Shown in pieces: positions 1-11,914 of a DNA stretch of 64,000 bases. Positions within the stretch are counted from its first letter, which is position 1, and the number at the start of each line of letters is the position of its first letter. The translations under genes were made by a program, and so were the position numbers. Location of the stretch: assembly GCA_002269645.1 (NCBI GenBank), contig NIVC01000327.1, positions 437,696 to 501,695 on the forward strand. Reading direction: 5' to 3'. Under the pieces are notes generated by a model. It ran no database searches. It had not been told where the DNA came from and saw only the letters and a list, made by a program, of their open reading frames with translations. Source of the DNA: Macrostomum lignano (lineage: Eukaryota).

Positions 1-137
1 TTTCTAATAGAATTCCCTAGATACTAATTAGGGAATTATCCTAGAATGTCCTAAAAATTATTCTTAGGGAACTTTCCCAAGAACTCAAGCCAGACAAAAA
101 TCTGTGAATCCAATAAAAATTCTATAAATATGCTCAC

Positions 138-1058
138 CGACACCCGAGGAACTTGGGCCTCTCCCCCGGAGCAGTTGTCTCGCTCTCAATTTTCAGCGCC
201 ATCACGTGATTGATTGACAGCACGGTGGCGGCAACAAACCAGGGAATGCCCAGAATAGAATTGATGCCAATCAGCACTGCGACAACCAGCAAGTCCAGAT
301 GATAGCCAAGGCCTTTCTTCAGCTTGTTCTCCTTGCGATTGACAATCACTGCTGTGATCTGCTGGTCCATGAAGATCAGAATGGTTGCTAGGAGAGCCGG
401 CAGCAGGGCCAGGGGGATGGAGTACCAGGGATTCTGATTGCGACTACCGAACGGCGAAACCAACCAGCCCCTGGTCTCGTAGCCCAGCGTGGGCGAGAAG
501 GACTCCGGGACGTGCAGTTTAGGAGTCTGCAGGCCTACCAACAGGTCCAAACCAGTCATGGCAACAATCGCTATCATCACAGCGAAATCGCTAATGACCA
601 TACGGACTCGGTTAGGAAAGAATGGCGAAGTTCGCATCAGTTTGAGTCCGTAGCTGATCACAAATGTGCCGATAGCCAGCAGGCAGGAGAAGAAGAATAC
701 GTCCGGTACAGCGAACTTGCCACACCCGCTGCCAACCCACTGGCCTTGCTGGGCAGTGCACAGTTTGTTATTCTTGTCCCAGTCCCAATCGTAGTACACA
801 ATAGCCGTGTGGTTAGTGTAATACCTGCCATCGGAGTCGTTGTAGCTGGGTATTCTCAGATGCTGGCCCTGAGCCAGCGGTTCCGATTGGTTGAGATTCG
901 ACTCGCAGATGCAATTGAAATCCGGCAGGTAGTTGGGATGCCAGTCAGGATTAATAGGATAAGCTTTCAGTATGTTGCGCAACTTTTTGAAGGCTTCGAT
1001 GATGAAGATGAGAGCGATTAGGCTGGCGAATGACTCTTCTGTGAAGCGGGTGATGTAC
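138..1058 (-). CDS. SLC4: SLC4 exon 11 (gene continues beyond the left edge of the window)
   Basis: YITRFTEESFASLI...ISDFAV...MDQQITAVIVNRKENKLKKG.GYHLDL...PWFVAATVLSINHV; four Cys in extracellular loop 3 (CIC...C...C), typical of Na+-coupled SLC4s; GTGAGC donor. Confidence 0.95.
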
Positions 1059-1199
1059 CTGCGGGATTGCGGATGGATGAAGGACTTAGTAGATTAACAA
1101 TTACCACTAAGTAAATTCCTTATTGCACACAAATTTACCCCCTAGTTTATACCTGAATAAACACTAGTTTATACTCAATAGGCACTTCAGTTTATACTC

Positions 1200-1996
1200 C
1201 TGTAAACACATGAGTTTAAACTCAAATAAACACCACCACTTTCAACCAAATAAACACTCTAGTTTGTAGCTAAATAAACATCCTCTTTATACCCAAAAGA
1301 AAACCCAGTTTACACTCATATAAACAACCTAGTTCAAACCCAAATAAACACCCGAGTTTTTACCCAAATAAACCCCAGTTTATACCCAATTAAACCCCAG
1401 TTTAAACCCAAATAAACCCCAGCTTAAACCCAAATAAACACCCCAGTTTAAACCAAAATAAACACCCACTTTAAACCCTAATAAACACCCCAGTTTGAAC
1501 CCAATCAAACACCCCAGTTAAAATCCAAATAAACACCCCAGTTAAAATCCAAATAAACACCCCAGTTTAAACCAAAATAAACACCCACTTTAAACCCTAA
1601 TAAACACCCCAGTTTGAACCCAATCAAACATCCCAGTTAAAATCCAAATAAACACCCCAGTTAAAACCCAAATAAACACCCCAGTTTAAACCCAAATAAA
1701 CACCCCAGTTTAAACCAAAATAAACACCCACTTTAAACCCTAATAAACACCCCAGTTTGAACCCAATCAAACACCCCAGTTAAAATCCAAATAAACACCC
1801 CAGTTAAAATCCAAATAAACACCCCAGTTAAAATCCAAATAAACACCCCAGTTAAAATCCAAATAAACACCCCAGTTTAAACCCAAAGAAACACCCCAGT
1901 TTAAACCCAAATAAACACCCCAGTTAAAATCCAAATAAACACCCCAGTTTAAACCCAAATAAACACCCCAGTTTAAACCCAAAGAAACACCCCCGT
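1200..1996. repeat. Intronic minisatellite, ~24-bp unit (aaataaacaccccagtttaaaccc)
   Basis: Direct tandem repeat, more degenerate toward 1200. Confidence 0.9.
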
Positions 1997-2056
1997 TTAT
2001 GAGAGAGAAACACCCTCGTATAAATACTGAAAGTAGCCATAAAACTCAAAACTCAC

Positions 2057-2213
2057 TTGACCAAAGCGCTCAAATCGAAGGCCACAACGGTGAGCAAAAT
2101 GAGAAATATCCACAAGCCAACCCACATTCGAAATGACAGATAGTCCCAGCCCAGCGAGTTCTTGCTGAACCTGAATATGATTGACTCGAACACGAGCATG
2201 GGACCGGTGGAAC
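2057..2213 (-). CDS. SLC4: SLC4 exon 10
   Basis: STGPMLVFE...DYLSFRMWVGLW...DLSALVK; phase 1-2. Confidence 0.95.
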
Positions 2214-2379
2214 CTGTTGCCGCAGGTATGAAGGAAAAGATTACGGATATGAATGCGAGTACACAGTTGCGGAATCTTCAACCTAGAAACTGCTTTCTCA
2301 TGATAAATCTCACGGCTCTGACATATTTTATCTTAACTATAGTCAACTATCAGATATATTATACCATCTTCTCTAAACC

Positions 2380-2822
2380 ATCCCATAGTTCTCTATCATC
2401 TATCTCATAGTTACCTCTCATTTGTCTCATAGTTCTCTATCATCTATCTCATAGTTACCTCTCATTTATCTCATAGTTCTCTGTCATCTATTTCATAGTT
2501 CTCTCTCATCTATCTCATAGTTCTCTCTTATCATCTCATAGTTTTCTCTCATCTATCTCATAGTTCTCTCTTATCATCTCATAGTTCTCTCTTATCTCAT
2601 AGTTCTCTCTCTCTCATCTATCTCATAGTTCTCTCTCATCTATTTTATAGTTCTCTCTCTCATCTATCTCATAGTTCTCTCTCATCTATTTTATAGTTCT
2701 CTCTCATCTATTTTATAGTTCTCTCTCTCATCTATCTCATAGTTCTCTCTCATCTATTTTATAGTTCTCTCTCTCATCTATCTCATAGTTCTCTCTCATC
2801 TATTTTATAGTTCTCTCATCTT
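2380..2822. repeat. Intronic CT-rich minisatellite, ~20-22 bp (ctctcatctatctcatagtt)
   Basis: Direct tandem repeat. Confidence 0.9.
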
Positions 2823-2941
2823 TTTCGCACTATACTCTTATTTAGAAAAAATAAACAATCCTAACCGAGATTAAAATACAACCATAAACAGACGATATGT
2901 TTTGAAAACAATATAAAACTCAGCCGGCAGAGACAAATTAC

Positions 2942-3379
2942 CCAATATGGTGAGCGGCTGTCCGGAGCACAGAGCGAAGAGAGTGCCACAGATGGCGCCA
3001 GACAGAATGGACTCCATAGCGCCCAGATAGCCTTCAGTCTCGTCAGACAGCAGGCCGCCAAAGGTGATGATGGGAGTCAGACAGGCAAAGTACAGAAAGA
3101 AGAAAGCGCCAATAGTTTGCACGTGAATAGCGTCGCGAATATCTGACCAATAGAATGGCGCTTTGCGTTTCACATCTTCAACCAGGCCGCCAAAAAGTCT
3201 ACCAGTGATGCGCAGTGACGGATCCGTGTGGCAGGTCTCCTCATAGGCCGGGGGACTGTCTCCATTGGGTCCGGACTTTGATAACAGATTGGCGCCAGAT
3301 GATGCGGTGGCGCTGCCTCCGCCTTCGCCACCATTTGAGCCGCTGGCGATCTCCTGAGATGCCAGCGCGGCGGGAACGG
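2942..3379 (-). CDS. SLC4: SLC4 exon 9
   Basis: [22 protein letters not shown]...[18 protein letters not shown]...GQPLTILG (TM1-3). Confidence 0.95.
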
Positions 3380-3525
3380 CTGGAGTTTCGGAAAAAATGG
3401 ATGATAATTTTCGGAAATATTGAAAAATATAATAAAATGCGCTACTAGGCTACTTAACAGTCGATATTCAGTAGTATAATTAGGAAAAATAATAATCAAC
3501 GTCAAAGTCAATCCTAGTGACTTAC

Positions 3526-3700
3526 AAGCCGACGTTCCAAGAAGAGCATTCGAACCGGTGACAGGTACAGAGCCCTGTTTGCGAGGCTCCTGGGAGGGCA
3601 CCTCCTTCGGTGGCTCAATTCGAATCGATGGGTCCCATTCGTTTGGCGGCAGAACTGTGCAGGATTTCAGGAATTCATCCACGCCGCAGAGCAGGTCGTC
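3526..3700 (-). CDS. SLC4: SLC4 exon 8
   Basis: [11 protein letters not shown]...[17 protein letters not shown]; phase 0-1. Confidence 0.95.
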
Positions 3701-3737
3701 CTGTTCAAGGCAGATGTGGTTGAGATGATATAACTTA

Positions 3738-4118
3738 GTGAGGTGGGTGACTGAGATAAGAACACAGCGAGAGCGGAGTGGGGTGGGTGACTGAGATAAG
3801 AACACAGCGATAGCGGAGTGGGGTGGGTGACTCAGATAAGAACACAGCGAGAGCGGAGTGGGGTGGGTGACTGAGATAAGAACACAGCGAGAGCGGAGTG
3901 GGGTGGGTGACTCAGATAAGAACACAGCGATAGCGGAGTGGGTTGGGTGACTGAGATAAGAACACAGCGATAGCGGAGTGGGGTAGGTGACTGAGATAAG
4001 GACACAGCGAGAGCGGAGTGAGGTGGGTGACTGAGATAAGAACTCTGCGATAGCGGAGTGGGGTGGGTAACTGAGATAAGAACACAGCAAAAGCGGAGTG
4101 AGGTGGGTGACTAAGATG
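3738..4118. repeat. Intronic minisatellite, 40-bp unit, ~9.5 copies
   Basis: gactgagataagaacacagcgagagcggagtggggtgggt recurs at 3749, 3789, ...; fills almost the whole intron. Confidence 0.95.
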
Positions 4119-4127
4119 AGCACACAC

Positions 4128-4528
4128 CTTGCTCTTGGCCAGGTAGGCCACATCGTGGAAGACCTCATCAGACATGAGCGTGGCCATGCTCCTGCCCATC
4201 TCGTGAAAGTTGGCACTCTGTCCCGGCGGTCCCAGCAGCACGTAGATGAACCTGGTCGGCACTGGAACCTCGGTGAGATCGCCCAGCACAACGGCAGTTT
4301 TCAATCGAATAAACGCCGTCACAGGATGGTCGAGAAAGTCGGTACTGCCAACCAGGATGTTGGAAGTCTCAGCTCCTGGCGGAATTTTCTTCATGAAGTG
4401 CTGGTCGAACCGGTAGCTGCTGGCGGACGCAGTGAGCTCTGGTCCCTCTGCTCCGTGCTGCTGGGCTTCTATGTCGCCGCGGCTGCTGTCTACATGCTTC
4501 AGATTGCCGACTGATGGGTGAACGGCGT
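4128..4528 (-). CDS. SLC4: SLC4 exon 7
   Basis: [17 protein letters not shown]...[17 protein letters not shown]...[21 protein letters not shown]; phase 1-0. Confidence 0.95.
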
Positions 4529-4632
4529 CTGCGGGTGTGATAGGGTGAGGCAAAGTGAGGCATATCGCATATAATATCGTCTTTCACAGACTATTCCTGA
4601 ACTTAACACAAACTTGAACATACTTAAAAATT

Positions 4633-4636
<4 letters not shown>

Positions 4637-4671
<35 letters not shown>

Positions 4672-5160
4672 CCTAATCCAATTCACACACACTCTAATCC
4701 GATTCACACACACTCGACTCCGATTCACACACACTCTGATCTAATTCACACACACTCTGATCTGATTCACACACACTCTAATCCAATTCACACACACTCT
4801 CGAATCCGATTCACACACACTCTGATCTGATTCACACACACTCTCGAATCCGATTCACACACACACTAGAATCCGATTCACACACACTCTGATCTGATTA
4901 CACACACTCTAATCCAATTCACACACACTCTCGAATCCAATTCACACACACTCTCGAATCCGATTCACACACACACTAGAATCCGATTCACACACACTCT
5001 AATCCGATTCACACACACTCTGATCTGATTCACACACACCCGAATCCAATTCACACACACTCTGATCTGATTCACACACACCCGAATCCAATTCACACAC
5101 ACTCTAATCCGATTCATACACTCTAATTTAATTCACACACACCCTAATCCATTCACACAC
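4637..5160. repeat. (CA)n seed followed by ~21-24-bp minisatellite (gattcacacacactctaatcc)
   Basis: Direct tandem repeat. Confidence 0.9.
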
Positions 5161-5234
5161 AATCTATGCCGATTCACACACAACTGAACACCTCAAAAGC
5201 ACCCTAACCCGATTCGCACGAATTCGCAACTCAC

Positions 5235-5468
5235 CCCTATCCAAATCCTTCGACGAATGCTTTCGCCCAATCTCGGCAAAGCTGCGTATTTTGGCGCCCA
5301 AATTGCCCCTGGCCTTCTTCTCGTGCAGATGCAAATGCCGTTTGAGCAGCACATCCTTGACCAGCTCTCTGGATTCCGATGTTAATTTCCGTTTCTGAAC
5401 GAGACGATCAAGCAATAGGTCGGCGATTGATTCCATAGTTTGGCCCTCGCATTCCAGCATGATTTCGC
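5235..5468 (-). CDS. SLC4: SLC4 exon 6
   Basis: GEIMLECEGQTMESIADLLLD...VLLKRHLHLHEKK...IRSFAEIGRK; follows an 85-nt GT-AG intron. Confidence 0.9.
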
Positions 5469-5553
5469 CTGTAAATTTGACAACCAAATCTTTAAGAACC
5501 GATATGTATCGAAAAAAATCTTTAGAAAAATTGTTTGAAAATTCTCTAGATAC

Positions 5554-5694
5554 CGTTGTAGATAGAATTTCGAACTTCGAACAAAGCGAACAGGCTCAGG
5601 GTGGCCACGTGAGGCTTTGACCAACGCTCGCCGCCTTCTTCAACATCCTCTTCGAATTTGATCCATCGAGCTGTCTCTTTCCACTGCAGATCAC
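5554..5694 (-). CDS. SLC4: SLC4 exon 5
   Basis: [31 protein letters not shown], the hallmark Band 3 cytoplasmic-domain motif. Confidence 0.95.
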
Positions 5695-5751
5695 CTGACA
5701 GGTGAGAGACAGTGCGGATGAGCTTAGTGTTTATTTAGTGTACATTAAGCT

Positions 5752-6250
5752 AGTAGGGGGCTGAGTGTACATTAGGGCAGGAGGGGGCTGAGTGTACATT
5801 AGGGCAGGAGGGGAATGAGTGTACATTGGGGTAGGAGGGCAGTGTACATTGGGGTAGGAGAGGAGTGTACATTAGGGTAGAAGGGGACTGAGTGTACATT
5901 AGGGTAGGAGGGGACTGAGTGTACATTAGGGTAGGAGGGGACTGAGTGTACATTAGGGTAGGGGACTGAGTGTACATTGGGGTAGGAGGGGACTGAGTGT
6001 ACATTAGGGTAGGAGGGGACTGAGTGTACATTGGGGTAGGGAGGGGCTGAGTGTACATTGGGGTAGGGGGGATCTGAGAGTACATTGGGGTAGGGAGGGG
6101 CTGAGTGTAAATTAAAGTAGGAGACGACTGAGTGTACATTGGGGAAGGGAGGGGATGAGTGTACATTGGGGTAGGAGGGATCTGAGTGTACATTAAGGTA
6201 GGAGACGACGGAGTGTATATTGGGGTAGGGAGGGGCTGAGTGTACATTGA
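5752..6250. repeat. Intronic minisatellite, ~27-28 bp (ggggactgagtgtacattagggtagga)
   Basis: Direct tandem repeat. Confidence 0.9.
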
Positions 6251-6519
6251 GTAAGGATCGGGTTTGTACATTAGGCTGGGTAAGAATTGAGTAAGGCTTT
6301 TAAAGAAAATGTTATTTCTATCTAGCTCGTAGAAAAACTCCAAAGTTGGCCAAGTCTCATGCACAACACCATTTTAAAAATACAGTTCTTACTAACCCAA
6401 TTGCTAAAAGGTTCACAAGTAAACTGGAAATTCCAAGATGTCTACTAACAGTAGCATACATGCGCAACGTCCAAAATTCGGTCGGCCGTGCGACTTAGTT
6501 TTAACAAAAATGCGACGTA

Positions 6520-6700
6520 GTTTTTTGCCAAAAATGCGACTTACATGTAAAAAAACCCTAAAGCAAAATAAACGCAACTTTGGGTAAACAGCGGGAGTAA
6601 CTATAACTGTCTTTTTAGGCAAAAATGCCTCGTCAGCTACTTAGTACTACTACTTGGGTATTTTTTGGGTGGGCATTTTTGCGACTTCCTTGGTTGGCTG
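6520..6700 (+). mobile_element. Dispersed repeat containing a degenerate 28S rRNA fragment (copy 1)
   Basis: 6582-6645 matches the recalled eukaryotic 28S sequence GGGTAAACGGCGGGAGTAACTATGACTCTCTTAAGGTAGCCAAATGCCTCGTCATCTAATTAGT at 50/64 ungapped; flanks are shared with copy 2. Confidence 0.7.
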
Positions 6701-7194
6701 CCAAATCAGTCGGCCGGATCGGCCGCCTCGGCCGACTGTTGCGCATGTATGAACAGTAGTAGAAACAACATTTTTAAGTCTGCATTTATCGAATAAATTA
6801 AGTTAATTAGGAAATTATATCTGGGATTGATCATGCTATTAATATTTAGTAGAAGTCATAAATCAAGACACTAATAAACTACTGCAATAAATAAGAAAAC
6901 TAAAAAAATCTATGGGCATCACGGCAGAGTTTCTTAGTTTTTGTGCAATCTAACTGAAAATAAATTTTGCATTAATGCGTTTGAAGTAAAATCATTCCAA
7001 AAAATAGTTTAAAAGTCGGTGAAATTCAAACCGTTTAATTCTTCACAGTGACTGAAAATAAATCAGATTTGAGAATACACGGTTCACAGAGTACATAAAT
7101 TCACTTTTGACTACTTAAAAAGCGAGCTGAAGCATAACTTTTTAAGTTAGACAATTGCTTTTGGGAGTACGACCATTGACTGTCCACCAGTCAA

Positions 7195-8137
7195 GGTTAA
7201 AGTTTGGGTTTGGGTTTAGGTTCGGGTGTGGGTTAGGGTTTAGGTTAGGGTGTGGGTTAGGGTTTAGGTTAGGGTGGGTGTTTGGGTGTAGGTTAGGGTG
7301 TGGGTTTGGGTGTAGGTTAGGGTTTATGTTAGGGTGTGGGTTTGGGTGTAGGTTAGGGTTAAGGTTAGGTTGTGGGTTTGGGTGTAGGTTAGGGTGTGGG
7401 TTTAAGTGTAGGTTAGGGTGTGGGTTTGGGTGTAGGTTAGGGTGTGGGTTTGGGTGTAGGTTAGGGTTTATGTTAGGGTGTGGGTTTGGGTGTAGGTTAG
7501 GGTTAAGGTTAGGTTGTGGGTTTGGGTGTAGGTTAGGGTGTGGGTTTGGGTGTAGGTTAGGGTGTGGGTTTGGGTGTAGGTTAGGGTGGGGGTTTGGGTG
7601 TAGGTTAGGGTTAAGGTTAGGGTGGGGGTTTGGGTGTAGGTTAGGGTTAAGGTTAGGGTGGGGGTTTGGGTGTAGGTTAGGGTTAAGGTTAGGTTGTGGG
7701 TTTGGGTGTAGGTTAGGGTGTGGGTTTGGGTGTAGGTTTGGGTTTAGGTTAGGGTGTGGGTTAAGGTTTAGGTTAGGGTGTGGGTTTGGGTGTAGGTTTG
7801 GGTTTAGGTTAGGGTGTGGGTTAAGGTTTAGGTTAGGGTGTGGGTTTGGGTGTAGGTTTGGGTTTAGGTTAGGGTGTGAGTTAAGGTTTAGGTTAGGGTG
7901 TGGGTTTGGGTGTAGGTTTGGGTTTAGGTTAGGGTGTGGGTTAAGGTTTAGGTTAGGGTGTGGGTTTGGGTGTAGGTTTGGGTTTAGGTTAGGGTGTGGG
8001 TTAAGGTTTAGGTTAGGGTGTGGGTTTGGGTGTAGGTTTGGGTTTAGGTTAGGGTGTGGGTTAAGGTTTAGGTTAGGGTGTGGGTTTGGGTGTAGGTTTG
8101 GGTTTAGGTTAGGGTGTGGGTTAAAAGGGTTCAGGTT
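7195..8137 (+). repeat. Interstitial telomere-like array of 6-bp variants (TTAGGG/TGTGGG/TTTGGG/TGTAGG/TTAAGG)
   Basis: Hexamer units arranged in 24/36/60-bp higher-order patterns. Confidence 0.9.
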
Positions 8138-8284
8138 TAATGCACTTTTTCAAAGGTTCGTAGACACATAGTATTTACATAATTCATAATGACTATAGTC
8201 AAGAATTGCATTAGAATGAAAACACTGTTACATCATTTTCCAAGCGTCTGAGACACACACACACACACATGATTGTTCTGGAGT

Positions 8285-8470
8285 CTTCTGCAGCCAAGAT
8301 AAGTCGCAAAGATGCCCATCCGCAAAAAAGTACTAATTAGATGACGAGGCATTCAGCCTTACTCGTACAGTCATAGTTACTCTTGTCGTTTACCCAAAAT
8401 TACGTTAATTTTGCTTCGTTTTTTTATAGGAAAGTCACAGTTTTGGTCAAAAATTGCGTCACATGACGTG
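8285..8470 (-). mobile_element. Dispersed repeat containing a degenerate 28S rRNA fragment (copy 2, inverted)
   Basis: Reverse complement of 8332-8395 matches the same 28S 64-mer at 50/64; flanks are homologous to copy 1. Confidence 0.7.
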
Positions 8471-8499
8471 GGAAAATCAGGTAAAAACAAAAACATTAC

Positions 8500-8646
8500 C
8501 AGCAGCATCAGATTTGAACAATTCGTCCATTTCGCAGAAAACCGGATGTACTTCCGGTTCGTCCGGTCCGTTCTCGTCATCATCCTGATTGCTGCCGAGT
8601 AGGAACTGCACACGGGCTGACGGGTCAGCGGTCTGAGACTGGGGAC
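8500..8646 (-). CDS. SLC4: SLC4 exon 4
   Basis: PSARVQFLLG...DDDE...HPVFCEMDEL matches conserved PSQRVQFILG...HDLFTELDE; AG/GT boundaries, phase 1-1. Confidence 0.9.
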
Positions 8647-8899
8647 CTGGGCAGCCGGGAAAAAGAGATGAAGTTTCACCTGTTAAAACAGACTACTTAC
8701 AGTAAGCAGGAATGAACTTAATGCATTGGTGGCACCATCACCGATAAACTTTAACCTTACATAGTCAGACTTGCCTCCCTCCCTTGATTTTTTTGGCCCC
8801 GTCAATATTTTCAGCTTGCCTGTCGAATTTCCTTTCAAGTAATTGATTTTATACGTGCCCTAATTGGGCCAGATGTGCAACCTATTGCGCGGCGCATCT

Positions 8900-9090
8900 G
8901 AAGGCTGCGTACGGCTGTTCAGTCCAAGGACTGGGGGGTCGCCACACACCCTCAATTACCCCAGCTGGGTGAACTGAAGCAATGCAGAGTCAAGTGTATT
9001 TCTTAAGGACACAAATTATTACAGTAAAATCTGAAATCGAACCCCCGAGCTTCGAGTCGTGAGTCAGACGCTCTGACCACTAGGCTACAA
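8900..9090 (-). mobile_element. tRNA-derived SINE
   Basis: Minus strand starts GTAGCCTAGTGGTCAGAGCG (A box TAGCCTAGTGG)...GGTTCGATTTC (B-box-like), then GTGTCCTTAAGAAATACACTT...CACCCAGCTG resembling conserved metazoan SINE central domains. Confidence 0.6.
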
Positions 9091-9404
9091 ACCCTATCAT
9101 TTCAAGTTCATGCACAAAAAAGTGCTGCTAGGGATTCTCTTTGATCTACAACTTTTTTGTAACTATTTTTTGCACAGCTTCTTATTAAATTATCATGGTA
9201 ATAAAAAACTATCAAAGAGAATAATCTGCCACAATAACTAAGGTCAACTTAGCAACTGAATTTGTGTACAATAAAAGCCAAGGCAACATAAAAACCAATA
9301 TATATTAGTATAAGTACTACGGTAATGATTAGTCTAATTTTCATAAAAGTCGGCAAAATTGGCATGCAATTTAAAAATTTCTATAGTTAACAATTTCTGT
9401 AAAT

Positions 9405-10690
9405 GTCACACAGTGAATGTCAGGGAATGTCACACAGTGAATGTCAGGGTATGTCACACAGTGAATGTCAGAGAATCTCACACAGTGAATGTCAGGGAAT
9501 ATCACACAGTGAATGTTAGGGGATGTCACACAGTGAATGTCAGGGAATCTCACACAGAGAATGTCAGGGAATGTCACACAGTGAATGTCAGGGAATGTCA
9601 CACAGTGAATGTCAGGGAATATCACACAGTGAATGTCAGGGTATGTCACACAGTGAATGTCAGAGAATCTCACACAGTGAATGTCAGGGAATATCACACA
9701 GTGAATGTTAGGGGATGTCACACAGTGAATGTCAGGGAATCTCACACAGAGAATGTCAGGGAATGTCACACAGTGAATGTCAGGGAATGTCACACAGTGA
9801 ATGTCAGGGAATGTCACACACTAAATGTCAGAGGATGTCACACAGTGAATGTCAGGGAATCTCACACAGTGAATGTCAGGGAAGGTCACACAGTGAATGT
9901 TAGGGGATGTCACACAGTGAATGTCACACAGTGAATGTCAGGGAATCTCACACAGTGAATGTCAGGGAAGGTCACACAGTGAATGTTAGGGGATGTCACA
10001 CAGTGAATGTCAGGGAATCTCACACAGAGAATGTCAGGGAATGTCACACAGTGAATGTCAGGGAATGTCACACAGTGAATGTCAGGGAATATCACACAGT
10101 GAATGTCAGGGTATGTCACACAGTGAATGTCAGAGAATCTCACACAGTGAATGTCAGGGAATATCACACAGTGAATGTTAGGGGATGTCACACAGTGAAT
10201 GTCAGGGAATCTCACACAGAGAATGTCAGGGAATGTCACACAGTGAATGTCAGGGAATGTCACACAGTGAATGTTAGGGAATATCACACAGTGAATGTCA
10301 GGGTATGTCACACAGTGAATGTCAGAGAATCTCACACAGTGAATGTCAGGGAATATCACACAGTGAATGTTAGGGGATGTCACACAGTGAATGTCAGGGA
10401 ATCTCACACAGAGAATGTCAGGGAATGTCACACAGTGAATGTCAGGGAATGTCACACAGTGAATGTCAGGGAATGTCACACACTAAATGTCAGAGGATGT
10501 CACACAGTGAATGTCAGGGAATCTCACACAGTGAATGTCAGGGAAGGTCACACAGTGAATGTTAGGGGATGTCACACAGTGAATGTCACACAGTGAATGT
10601 CAGGGAATCTCACACAGTGAATGTCAGGGAAGGTCACACAGTGAATGTTAGGGGATGTCACACAGTGAATGTCACACAGTGAATGTCAGT
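9405..10690. repeat. Intronic minisatellite, 24-bp unit (cacacagtgaatgtcagggaatgt) with 192-bp higher-order repeat
   Basis: Direct tandem repeat; variant pattern recurs every 192 bp (9523/9715). Confidence 0.95.
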
Positions 10691-10993
10691 AGATACCTTA
10701 AAAAATGCACTAATATAATGCAACTGTACTACTTCTAAAATACTACTTGTACGCAACTAAACAGTCAATAAAAGTGTACAACAGAACAAGGTGCAAAGCA
10801 GCACAGAAAGACAATAAAGTTAGTAACTGACACAATCACCTAGATCAGTATCGGTGGTTAAGTGGAATTATTAAAAACGACAAAAATGAAACAAGATATG
10901 CCGATAAACAGACGCATTAACCTCGTACCAGCGATTCACTGATATTTTGGCATAATTACTAAATCGTATAGGCTGTACTATAACAGATTTTAC

Positions 10994-11044
10994 CTGTCTG
11001 AGCTGTCTCCGTCTTGGTGACAATTTCTGCTAGCCTGCTGAAGT
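10994..11044 (-). CDS. SLC4: SLC4 putative micro-exon 3 (51 nt, DFSRLAEIVTKTETAQT)
   Basis: AG acceptor, CAG|GTAAA donor, phase 1-1, open frame; GC-richer island in AT-rich intron. Confidence 0.45.
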
Positions 11045-11159
11045 CTTATAATTTTATTTGCAGAAAAAAGCAGAGAAATTAATAAATTAGTTTTATTTAC
11101 TTCTTGACTTAAAGTAAATACAATTTGAAAGGAAAGAAATAAATGATAATTACTGAGGA

Positions 11160-11712
11160 TTGAGGTTTGATTGTGGTGCTATCTCAGGTCTGATTTTGGC
11201 GCTATCTGAGGTTTTATTCTGGTGCTATATGAGGTTTGATTCTGGCGCTATCTGAGGTTTGATTCTGGCGCTATCTGAGGTTTGATTCTGGCGCTATCTG
11301 AGGTTTGATTCTGGCGCTATCTGAGGTTTGATTCTGGCGCTATCTGAGGTTTGATTCTGGCGCTATCTGAGGTTTGATTCTGGCGCTATCTGAGGTTTGA
11401 TTCTGGCGCTATCTGAGGTTTGATTCTGGCGCTATCTGAGGTTTGATTCTGGCGCTATATGAGGTTTGATTCTGGCGCTATCTGAGGTTTGATTCTGGCG
11501 CTATCTGAGGTTTGATTCTGGCGCTATCTGAGGTTTGATTTTTGGCGCTATCTGAGGTTTGATTTTTGGCGCTATCTGAGGTTTGATTCTGGCGCTATCT
11601 GAGGTTTGATTTTTGGCGCTATCTGAGGTTTGATTTTTGGCGCTATCTGAGGTTTGATTTTTGGCGCTATCTGAGGTTTGATTTTTGGCGCTATCTGAGG
11701 TTTTTTGCGCTA
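11160..11712. repeat. Intronic minisatellite, 23-bp unit (tgaggtttgattctggcgctatc)
   Basis: Highly homogeneous tandem repeat (period 11231 to 11254). Confidence 0.95.
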
Positions 11713-11914
11713 TTTGAGTTTAGTTTTTGGTCCTGTGTCTAAAATTCTTGCGTTTTAAAAGTGAGACGAAAGTAGTTTCATACTAAAGATTGCAACTGGA
11801 TACAAAAAAACAAAAAGTGCGAAAAGGGAATTAACAACATGATACAGGTGACAATACAAGAAAATAATGTGTATTAAGCCAATAGAAAGACAAACAGTAA
11901 ATCGAAGAACTCAC

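Noticed and set aside
512-4514. Plus-strand ORFs 512-1021, 2162-2410, 3215-3448, 4098-4514
   Set aside because: Antisense shadows of SLC4 exons
6582-6645. rRNA gene
   Set aside because: Only a 64-nt degenerate fragment with non-rDNA flanks; treated as part of a repeat
7195-8137. True chromosome end
   Set aside because: Interstitial, within an intron, and mostly variant hexamers
7155-10596. Long ORFs such as (GFGCRLGCG)n and (ECHTVNVR)n
   Set aside because: They are translations of intronic tandem repeats with unit lengths divisible by 3; no coding evidence
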